Shown one piece after another: positions 41,801 to 52,462 of a stretch of 64,000 bases of DNA. Each line of letters opens with the position of its first letter. Position 1 is the first letter of the stretch. The notes under the pieces were generated by a model. It did not search any database and was not told the origin of the DNA. It saw only the letters and a program-made list of their open reading frames with translations. This stretch comes from Phoronis australis. Taxonomy: Eukaryota; Animalia; Phoronida. The stretch spans positions 1-64,000 of the forward strand of contig NMRA01000660.1 of NCBI GenBank assembly GCA_002633005.1, given 5' to 3'. The translations under genes were made by a program, and so were the position numbers.

Positions 41801-44800
41801 CACCCCTATTTATTTAAATCAAAAATCAGTTTACAACACGGTTTCCACTTTCATTTTTGTCCCTTCAATTCAGAATTTACGTTGTGTAGATATTTGAAGG
41901 AAATGTGCATAATTGTCGATCAAATTATTTATAACCTAAAGATTAGATCTTACCACTTTCGCTAGTAACGTTACGATTCCAACTACTCCAAGGTCCAGCC
42001 AAAACTCCATTCAATGCACGCAATCTGAAGCTGTATGAAGCGTGTGGTACAAGATGGTCAAACATCTTGTAAGTATCACTGATTGACTCGTTTTCAGTTT
42101 TTTTAGGAAGGCAAGGTAAGTCTGGTCTATGTAACTGATAGCCATAACTTGGAGTAAATCCACTTCTTGTTAAACAGTTTGGCTCCTGCCAAGTGAATTT
42201 CAACGAGTTTGAAGAACGTTCCGAAACTTCGACATTTCTCGGAGGTTCAGCTAAGGCTAAAACAAGAAACTTCGTAAATTAATCATCAACATTATCTATG
42301 GCACACCATATACTGATGAAAATGTGCGGCAGATACGAAAACGGGTAGAAAAGCAACCGGAAGCTTCTAATTTCAACGTACCGCATTTTACCCAACATCC
42401 TGGAAAGTCGCAAACATCGATTTATCGAAACGTTTGCAATTTACTTAATGTTTAATTGAATGTGGTGTGGACAGAAATATTTGAACTTATAACATTTAAA
42501 GAAAGTACAAGGTTGAATAGAACTCAGTGCCACTTCATGTAAAATTATACTATTGACACAAACTCACACGTGTTGTCTTTTTTCTGATGTGCTATATAAC
42601 AACGCAATTCTAGAAGGAACACTTCCACCGTGAAAAGTAAAGTCGAACTTTGTGGGAAGAACATAATAACAAAATACATTCGTGGTATTAAAAATTATGT
42701 TCAAAGTAAATTTCGGTTTTCAAATCCAATTTAAGTTGGAAATAATCAAAACAACCATGGGGCACGTTTATCGTTGTCTGGTACGTCATAAAAACAAGCA
42801 CGTGTTTGTTATGTGATTGTGCATACGGTGAATCAACCAGGATGAAGGTTTCTTAAATTTAACTTAAAATGTACTTCTACACTCGTGCACTTTACTTCAA
42901 TATCTTACGTCCGCATGCCTCAGCCTCGGGGCTGGGACTTCCCACATCGTTGTCATTGAGTTTTACCCTAATCCTGATGTCATAGTGGTGCCGAGGGTCT
43001 GTAGGTGAAATTGAAAACGTCGAGGTGGTATAGTCAATGTCATTACTTCGGGTCCACTTAGAAGCCGTCCTCACTCTGTATTCGACAATGTACTTGTAAA
43101 CTGGACCAAAACCATGGTCGGTTTCGGCTGACCACGGACGCCAAGTCACAGAAATCTCAGTACGGCTTCGGGATATATTTGGCGAATGAGCAAGACGAGC
43201 GAATTCTACAATAAAATACCCAAAAATTAAAAAAAGAAACATTAAATTTATGGACATGATATTGGCTGTATTAATCATTGGACGACCTGGTTGAAAACGC
43301 ATGCTAATCTCGTTATCTGGTTTGTAGACAAATTTTATACATAATGTACTTGAAAAAGCAGATAACATTTCAAAAATAATGGAAGCAAACGGTGTTCGAA
43401 TATGACCGGAAGGTGGAGAATATGACTGCTAAATTATGATATCCTACCAGTTTTACAATGTGGCATCTTATATCCATCCTGGCATGACTTGCAGGTCCCC
43501 CTAAACCTGTCACATGTTCCATTCAGGCAGTTGCCACAGGACTGCAGGCAATCGGCCCCGTAGTAGTTGTACAAACAATCTAAAACACAGATACTGCAAT
43601 TTAAAGTTGGTGGGTGTCACACAGATCTCAGCATGACTTCACATGTTCTTCCAGCCTTCAAATATTCAGGGCTATCCTTGACAGGACAGTGGTGGATCTA
43701 GGATACCATAAGGGGGGGGGGCAACATGTTGCCTCGGGGAATTGGGCAAAGCGCGATTGTTTATGCACAGGCCATCCCAAAGTTGCGGGGGCCGGGAATG
43801 TAGGAAAAACACAGTGACAACTGTTCTGTATCACCAAATGTACGATGACACTTTCAATTGGGTTTCATATGAAAGTTAAATGACCCAGCACCCACCAATT
43901 ACGTATGGGTTTTCCGTTTGACAAGGAACTGAATTACTACTTTAGAAACAACGAGTCTCCCATCGTTTCATAGTTGCGTGTACATGTAGCCCCATAATGA
44001 CAGATAAACAGCAATCTATACAAGGCCTTTTACTATCGTCAAATCGGTCTCATAGTATTCCCTACCATGATACGATTCTATTTCCGTTAAACGTATGATT
44101 TGTAGACACATTAAAGACACACTGAATATGGAAAACAGTGGTGGAACAGACACTATTTATCATTGAATCAAGTCACGTTGAATAGGAGAGGGAGAGAGAG
44201 GTGTGAAGGGAATTTGGTTATGTAAGTGTTCTGCCATAGAACTTTGCGTCATTTATATGTAGGCCTACTCCTAGTATCGGCATAAGGCGAGTCGGGAGAA
44301 CAATAAATGATCGCTGTCTTGATTGCCTCGCTCGTCTGTCAAATAACTGCCTGACTGATGCAGAAGTATTTAAAGGGTAATCGAAAGCACAATATGGAAA
44401 GGAAGCAACAAAACACTTTGTAATGAGTCAACACGTCCCGCCACCAGAACAGTTAATGTACGAGACGCCTGAATTGGGCACACGATGATGATTATCAGGG
44501 ATAGATAAAACGTCCAAGCCAGAACTGAGGGATACTTTGATATATTGCATGGGGGTAGGGCAGGGGATATCCTCACCACGTTTAAATTAGTGAGTTGGAC
44601 AGTAAAGCAAACAACAAAAAAGAAACGCAGAGCCATCGACAATGCCGACAGCGACCGTGCAGCCACAAACGTCCATGATGCAAACATTAACACTCTAAAC
44701 CGACCCCAGAGGTGCACAGATAGCAACCATCCCAAGCGCCTCATCATGGCCTACTGCAAAATGCCAAAAAGATAACCGCTGGACAGTCGTACACGAGTGT

Positions 44801-47800
44801 GGATAAAGAGTCCAACTTCCTGAGCAAAGAGTGTACAGTAACTGGCAAGGCCAAACGGTCACGTTCTTTTTTAAACTGATGGCTATAGAGGCAGCGATGA
44901 ACGCAATCGCCGCCATATTGTTTGCCGACCTTCCCAATGCACTACTCAGGAAAGTCAGACCAAAGCGCGTCAAGATGAAAATCAAAATACCGATAGTGAA
45001 AACATAAATACTCCAAACATTGTCCTCGAACCTGTGCAACGAGCGAGGTATCCCCAAACACTTGTCAAGACTCAAGCCACCGCATAGGCAGTACTTAGTT
45101 ACCCACTTACAGTACATGGAAATTTAACAGCGCAATATATTCCATTTTTAGCACGAGCCAAGCTATGTTGCAATAAATGTTGTGTCATTGATTTGTACAC
45201 ATGGTATCGCCATGTACATGTAACCAGCCGGGAGAACAAAAAATGATAGCCACTTTGATTGAGCCGCTCCTTTGCTAAGCAACTGACATACTAATGCGAC
45301 ATCTTATATCCCACGTGGCGTGACGTGCAGTTTCCTCTAAATTTTTAAGACGGTCCATTCAGATACTGTAGTAACCACAGGACTGAAGGTAGTCCGCAAG
45401 GTACCCGTTGCCTGGCCATTCTAGAACAGATGTTCATACAACTTTAAGCGGAATCTACCTTTAAGCACTCATATCCAGGGGCCCGTTCCAACAAAACTGA
45501 CTTAGCTAAGACAATTCTTAAATTTTAGTAAATTTTAAAATAAAAGTTAAATTTGTCTCAAAACCAAATCAAGAAAAAGATCTCAAGTTAGACTTCAATG
45601 TATGAGCCAAGTTTTGTCTCAATTTTGACTAACTATCCAAATGTGGAAGTTTCAAAGTTTGGAAGTTTAGACAAATCTTAGACTTAAGTCAAAAATGAAC
45701 TTAAGTCAGTTTCTTGGAACAGGACCCATGTCTCTGTGATATGTCACACATATCTCAGCATGTCTTCACATGTCCATCCAGTATGAACATGGGACTCAAC
45801 AAAGACACTGTTTTCCTTTAAATGAACTTTGTCAATTCGAAAAAATGTGACATCATCTGTGGTTGGATGATCCGTGAGCTGCAATGACTCATGGATCTTT
45901 CTATTTGCTAAGGAACTGAGTTATCAGTTCAGGAACAGCCAGTATTCCATCGCTTGAAGCATTGATGCTGACGACCACTTCTGTGTACATGTGCGTATCA
46001 ACTGAAATGCACACCCTTACCTTGATCGCAGCCAATTCCTTGAAAGCCAGTGGCACATGAGCATCCATACGGGTCTATGGTACATACTTGTCGGTATCTA
46101 CATCCTGTACCTACGTCATCAGAACACTGCGAGGTACAGTCATAACCAAATCTGTTCGGACCACAAGCTGAAGAGAAACATTACAGGAGCTTGAGATCAT
46201 GGCGGCAAATCCAAAATGACATATCGTGTGTAACCATAAAGGGTACACGGACATACCTACAAATTCAAAGGGACAAGGGGATTGTTGTAAAGTCGAAATA
46301 GTTATTTCCGTTATCAAAAAGCATGTAAAATGTTGCATGTAATGAAGGAAATTATCAGGACTTAAGAGGAGAAACGGAAAAATTACCTTCAGAACAGTCC
46401 CTCCCCTTGAAACCCGGAGCACAGATGCATTCACCGGTTATATCATGACATACTCCGCCATTTGAACAGGTAGGACAATCGTTCTCGCATAGTCCGCCAT
46501 ACTTTCCGTCGGGGCAAACTGAAAATATAACAGTACTTACGACTCGTCTACAACAACTTACACCTTTTGTAACAAAACATGAATAAACATTTTGCTCTAA
46601 GTAATAAGACACACTAGCCGCTTTCAAACGAGAAAGTACAGTACAGTAGTTATGCATCACCTACATGTAAGTCACATTTACAAGAAGTTAATCGCAAACT
46701 GGATCAGCATGAGTCACTTACACGAAAACTGTCCGCACATGATCGCATAACAAATAGCAAACGTACAAACCACGTGAAATGCCAACGGATTCCCCGCATA
46801 TACGCGCCTTCTTCGATCATTCAACAGTCGCCCCTTCTTCCCACACTCGTAACTCTCCTTTTACCCCCGAGAGCAACTACCTCACACCTTCATCCCGTCC
46901 CTAAACGTCGGGACACTTGAAAAATGTCGGAATCCTCGGACAAACTACACAGAGATAGACAGTGAAGTAGCCAGGAGGCACAAAAGGCCATGACTCTCCT
47001 GCACATTGCAAAAAAGACCTCCTCAGTCAAAATTTGCCTAACCTTGCTCATTGCCAGATGACCTCATTTTGCCCATCCTCCGGTTGAAAACTTCCGGCTA
47101 CGACAGTGGTGAGTTGGTGGAACTGCGAAACATTCAGAACCACGGATGTTACTTTAAAATTTTCAATTATCCGAAAATTAAAAAGAAACACAATACGAGT
47201 CCAGTAACGGACCATAAAATGTTGTGTAATTGGGTTAGCGTTTAACCGAACAAAAAGAGAGTGAACCTACGACCTCTGGTGAACCACGTGGTAGCCTTTG
47301 CGTTTAATGTTTAACCAAAGGTATTCTCGAAAGATGACGTCAGAGCTCTCATAGTGGTTACGCTCGAAAAGTGTTATACTTAATGCTGAAAATTCCAAAC
47401 TGAAGTAAACCAGTAGGCCAGATGACGGCGTTTGTTCACTGTATATGTATGTGCTTCAAGCACGCGACTGTTCAACATTACTGCAGAAACGAAATAGTTG
47501 CTGCTACGTCACTTGTATGACAAGACTAAAAATCGTTCACAGACCGCCATTTTCAGACTTTGTTGTGAAGCTAACCAATATCTGCTGAGGATACATCAAC
47601 CAATGATAAAGCGCGTGCTACTGCCTGCTACATGCCTGGTGACTACCACCTAGCGGCACGCAGGGAACCAATGAGTACGAAAATGCAGGCTATCAGCAGT
47701 CACATTTGTCGCTCTTGGAAGATGACTTTGACTTACTAGGACTGTGCTCATGTTGGATGTTTATGATAATCTACGAAAAAGTCAACTAAAACATTTGAAA

Positions 47801-50800
47801 AAATCAGGCATCTATGACAGAAAGCAAGGTTTAATGCTCATACTCTGATCACTGTGTACACATTGCTATCCATGGATGTTTATCCTTAAACAAAAGTATA
47901 CATCAAATGGCAAATACTGTAACAAATGTCGCACATCTACGGTGACCCGAAAGTATCATCGCTAATTTTGTTTAAATATTTTTTCATTTTTCATTTTCCA
48001 CCTAGGTGGAAATAATTCAACCTAGGTGGAAACTATTTTCACCTGGGTGGAAACTATTTTCACCTGGGTGGAAATTATTTTCACCCGGGTGGAAATTATT
48101 TCAACGTAGGTGAAAATTATTTTCACCCGGGTGGAAACTATTTCAACCTAGGTGGAAATTATTTTCATGCTTGTAAGTCGTTTGGTTAACGTGACGTCAT
48201 CTACTTGCGCTAGGAACAAGTCATGTGTCGAGCCATAGCTGCACACCCTTTTGTAGCACTCTAAAAACAATGCTCTTTGTTTTGTTTATTCATGTCAATC
48301 GGTTAGATCATTCTGCCACCACATGTTTGCAGACATATGTGTTAGAGTGTTAGCATATACAGGACAATCTGTGCAAGGAATTTCGCTTGACCACCCCCCC
48401 CCCCGAAAACGTTACTAATTTGGATTTTTTTTTACTTTATCTGGACTGTACCTTACAGTATAATTTAATCTTGAATACTTTGTACTGTTATACGCTGGTT
48501 ACTGAAGGTGATTGTCATTGCAATGGTCATACACAAATGCGCATTTTAATGAGAAATTATGTGTTTTATTACACTATTGGTTAGTGACATTTCTGATACT
48601 GCTGACAATTATACTCTAATTAGAAACAATGTTAAGTAATTTTTAAGACTGGTGTATAATTCATTAATCATGCTAGTTGTTTACCAAAATTTGTATCCTC
48701 TTGTGAATCCATAAGATGTGATTCACCATACGTCTTTTACCATTTGTGGGATATTTATAATACTATCTGTGCCTTTTGTTGCTAGTTGTGTAACTTTAAG
48801 TCTTTGAAACCTGTCAGCACGGGAAGGGTGAGGCTTTTGGACAACAACAATAATATGTCATTTATTTATCGGAAATTTCTCAACGTTCTACACCATACAC
48901 TATATTTGTTAATGGCTTGGGTTCGTTGCTGAAATCCGGCAACTTTATTCAGAGAGTTGTTTTGGAACTAGGAGTAATACGTAATCACACTGTCTCTGTT
49001 AAAGTCCGCGGCAAATCCAAGAGGCAGATAAGGCGCCGATATTGCAACCTAATCTGAACTTTGTTGAACAAAATGGCTGGCCCAATCGACCTTCACCTAC
49101 AAGACTTCATCCAATCACATCACAGATGAAAATAGGTGCCCGGATGTATAACATTTTCACCCAGGTGAAAATAATTTCCACCCGGGTGAAAATAATTTCC
49201 ACCTAGGTTGAAATAATTTCCACCCGGGTGAAAATAATTTCCACCCGGGTGAAAATAATTTCCACCTAAGTTGAAATAGTTTCCACCCGGGTGAAAATAA
49301 TTTCCACCCGGGTGAAAATAATTTCCACCTAGGTTGAAATATTTCACCCTAGGTGGAAAAGAAAAAATAAAAAAATTAATAAACTAAAATAGCGATGATA
49401 CTTTCGGGCCACCGTACACATCACATCAGAGTGTCCTTTTCCTCCTACCTCGCACAATGAGCCTGAAAACCCCTCTCGCCACTCGCACGTTCTCTTGCTC
49501 AGTATAAACCATGTACACTCCTCCGTGGCCCAAATTAACAGTGTCAATCATGGGTGATTGCAGTCCTCGCCACGTAATTATGTCTTCATCAATCAAAAAC
49601 AGAGATCCACCATCCTTCCTCCATTTTAATCCTCTCGGTGAACCTTTGTAGTTAAATGTTACGGTGGTGTCTCTGACACTTGCCCGCTGTGTTATCTGAT
49701 CTGCTAGGAACAACGAAAAACTATTCTGCTATATGGGCATATGAAGAGATGGCCTAATTATTCCTGCAAGAACAACACGTCCACAGGCATTTGATACCAC
49801 ATTGTCAATAGCTTCACAATCAGGGATGGTACAGAACATATATCATTGAGGCAGAACCCTTACCTCTCTCCACAGACACTTATAGCGCAAAGAGATCACT
49901 TACGCAAAACACTGAGTGAAATACCCGTGCCATTTTACGCAGTTGTGGGTAATCTTGCTTTTTGAAAGGTTCCCGCTTCTACAAAAAGCAACTCAGGCTC
50001 ACTGGTAGGAGGTTTTGTGCATGGCAAATGTTCTTGGAAAGTGCAGTGTTTTGAGGAAAAATGGCTAGGGGTCAGTTCCGTGATAAGTATTGATTTCTCC
50101 CCGCGATGACATTTTTATCGTTACGCACAGTTTTCTTGTTACCTAATTTACATGAACATTTTCGGTTGGTTTTGATACGAAAAGTTTGTACTTTAACTGA
50201 CCATTTAAAATTCTATTTCACCTTGGGTGCAGGTCGGTACGTTGCAGAAATCCCATCGTGTTTCAGAAGCACTCGTGTAGCACCAGGGTTCAGGATGTCG
50301 TCCTTTATTTCTACAATAGTTTTTCTCTAAACCCTCTCCTCTAACCGCGTGTGTTTGGGAACTCAGGAACTCCCATCGCTGGCAGATAATGCCACCTCGT
50401 GTTTTGTTTATACGACCTCCGTAAGAATATCCTTTCTCGTCTTGTTTGCAATCTCCTGGAAATGAAGTATATTTCTTCTTTGTATATGCGATCACACTAT
50501 TTGCTGAGCAAAGAAATGGTACATGCCAAATAGGGACTTGATAGATAATTATTACAAAAATCCCTAATAAGCAAAAGAAAGGTCGCCCATTGTATTTCTT
50601 GTCCGGAGGCGGATCCATGATGTTTCGCTTGGGGGGAGGAGGGCAGAGTATTAGTCATGACTTTGCTGGTCAGAAATTTGCACCCCGAGCTACCAAATGG
50701 AATCCTGGAGAATTGTAAGGGCATGGCCACTTTGGACCTTTCTAAGTCCACCACTGCTGTCACGGTAGCTAGGAAGGTCAAGATTTACAGATGCTGAACT

Positions 50801-52462
50801 CGGAATACGATAGGCTGGGATAAATACAAAGTTCCAATTTGAGAGACTTTTTATCAATGTTTACCAGACTTTGATGCCGTGATGACATCTTGAACACATT
50901 TTCTGTTAATCATACATATGTATTAAAGTTGTAAAGAGATATGGCGTCATTGACTTTAAACTTTCAAATATGAAAACGTAAAGATGCAAGTGTTTACGTT
51001 GCAGTTTTGTAAAAACCAAGCATTTCAGTTGGAGAGCTACTTGTCAGCAAGTAGTTACATTTTACCCATCATCGCCGGTGAAGACTTCATCGCTGGGAGT
51101 GATCGTTTTTTAGCCAAACTTTGATAAACATGTTTCTTCGTCGGCGTCTTGCCGTTTGCACTGGTCTACTCAACTAATCAAGTACAGAGTGAGGGAAAAT
51201 CCAGTGTCAATTAAACAAGTATCCATATAGGATATTGGAGCTTCTGGTGCCGTGCACTTGTCTGGTTTAGTAGTTTTTTACAGGATGAGCACGTGCGGTC
51301 ATCTAATAAGGAGTGATCACCCTTTAATTCTGACGACGCTCGAGAGAGACGAAGTTCTAGACAATTTTATTGAATGTATTAATATGTCACGTGACTTGAA
51401 AATGATGCCAGTATAGTTGACATTGTTCGTTTTCTTACTGAAAGATACCACCGGGCAATTGTTACACAAGCTGACAACTGACTGATGCAAGACCTGGCTG
51501 CCGCTAATGGAACGTGTTTAAAAACTTGGTACGGAAGCATTGTACACCTTGTAGTTTAATTATAGGGACATACCAACTATCATTTTATACCCGAATACAG
51601 CTTTACCTTGATAAATTTTATCGGGTTTATCTGAATTTGCTCAATGTCCTGAAGAAATGTAGAAACAATTACTACATGCATAAAAATATCGTCTGCTAAC
51701 TATTTCCATTTCCGAATATTTCCACAATCGATTAGTCGGCAAAAATGTTGCGCGCGAGCACGTGATCATAAGAATCGGTCCATTACTAATCTACAGCAAA
51801 CGACAGCAGGTTAATGGCCAATCTACTTTTGTAGAGAAACAACTTGCCAACATTCACTGCCATGGCTTGCAATGCCGAGATATCGCACCCACCTGTTGAA
51901 AAGGTAACACCGGGAAGGATCACCCATGAGTAGAGATTTTTCTTGCTAACTGTAAAGTAATACGCGGCGAATTTGTCCTGCACTTTGTATTGTTCGTAGA
52001 TATTTGGTCCAGTGGTTACATTTGATACCAAGACAGGTGCGGAGGTAGCACTGCGCGACCCTATATTCACATGTACTCCACTCTCTATAGCGTCTGTACC
52101 GATACGAACGTTGCTACCGCCATACACTCTGACGTCACCGGAAGTTGGAGACACTAGAAGGCTAATATTGTAAAGCGTTTCTGAAAAAAAAAACATTGGC
52201 CGCAATGAGCCAGGAGAAGCCAATTCAAATACGAAAGGAACCAGGAAATCAAAGGTATCAACTTTACAAACTTGTTCAGCAATGTACATGTATTTCGAGC
52301 TGGAAATTCGTATTGATTAATAGAATTTCTTTATAGATGAAGGTATGTGACCTGGTTTTCTACAGCAGTTGTTGGGTAAAGAAAATTATCTGGTTTTGAC
52401 ATATTTTGAATTGTCTTCTTACCAACTGCGTAGCTCTTGGTGATTGACTGAGCTTTCAAACT
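30560..52462 (-). CDS. Tie-like (angiopoietin receptor family) receptor tyrosine kinase with a kringle domain; first/signal-peptide exon unresolved
   Basis: Exons in transcript order: 52423-52462 (tentative), 51893-52180 (Ig1-like), 50222-50455 or -50503 (kringle), 49449-49703 (Ig2), 46387-46518, 46021-46167, 43448-43579 (EGF x3), 42909-43205, 41954-42256, 40995-41215, 39735-39801 (FN3 x3), 37551-37647 (TM), 36971-37026, 36245-36321, 35659-35872, 35379-35489, 34161-34339, 33706-33890, 32710-32750, 32268-32364, 30560-30731 (TGA). Tie signatures: [72 protein letters not shown]. Confidence 0.93.
31250..31560. mobile_element. hAT-like MITE (CAGGGGCGGATC...TTCGCCACTG); similar element at ~50604-50756
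   Basis: Short TIRs; the 8-bp TGGTGCAC occurs at both ends (31243-31250, 31559-31566), exact boundary ambiguous. Confidence 0.65.
36511..36747. mobile_element. MITE, copy 1 (PIF/Harbinger-like termini)
   Basis: TIRs GGGGCCCGTTCCAACAAAACTGACTT / AAGTCAGTTTCTTGGAACAGTCCCC; second copy at 45478-45727. Confidence 0.85.
40529..40690. mobile_element. ~160-bp palindromic MITE-like element
   Basis: TATCCCCCTTATCTAGA...GTGGATTT pairs with AAATCCAC...TCTAGATAACGGGGGATA around a central CTCTGGGCTAACGCCCCTCGGG. Confidence 0.8.
44290..45120 (-). pseudogene. Possible decayed intronless class A GPCR nested in an RTK intron
   Basis: Hydrophobic segments in GPCR-like order across frameshifts: [68 protein letters not shown]. 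Confidence 0.4.
45291..45420 (-). pseudogene. Pseudoexon: degenerate copy of RTK EGF exon 43448-43579
   Basis: ADYLQSCG / [17 protein letters not shown] aligns to [33 protein letters not shown]; adjacent intron sequence is also duplicated (43615-43654 vs 45742-45781). Confidence 0.8.
45478..45727. mobile_element. MITE, copy 2 of the 36511-36747 family
   Basis: Same TIRs and colinear internal sequence. Confidence 0.85.
47938..49416. mobile_element. Non-autonomous DNA transposon (IS3EU-like termini) with inverted 21-bp minisatellite arms
   Basis: TIR TACGGTG(A/G)CCCGAAAGTATCATCGCTA at both ends; 6-bp TSD CACATC (47932-47937, 49417-49422); GGTGGAAATTATTTTCACCCG arrays at 48001-48167 (+) and 49155-49345 (-). 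Confidence 0.88.
50222..50455 (-). other. Kringle domain exon (phase 1-1)
   Basis: [28 protein letters not shown]...[35 protein letters not shown]: six Cys plus the NYCRN and PWCYT kringle motifs. Confidence 0.92.

Noticed and set aside
49120-49347. ORF with (GGNYFHP)n repeats
   Set aside because: It is the translation of the 21-bp minisatellite arm of a transposon; no splice or gene context.
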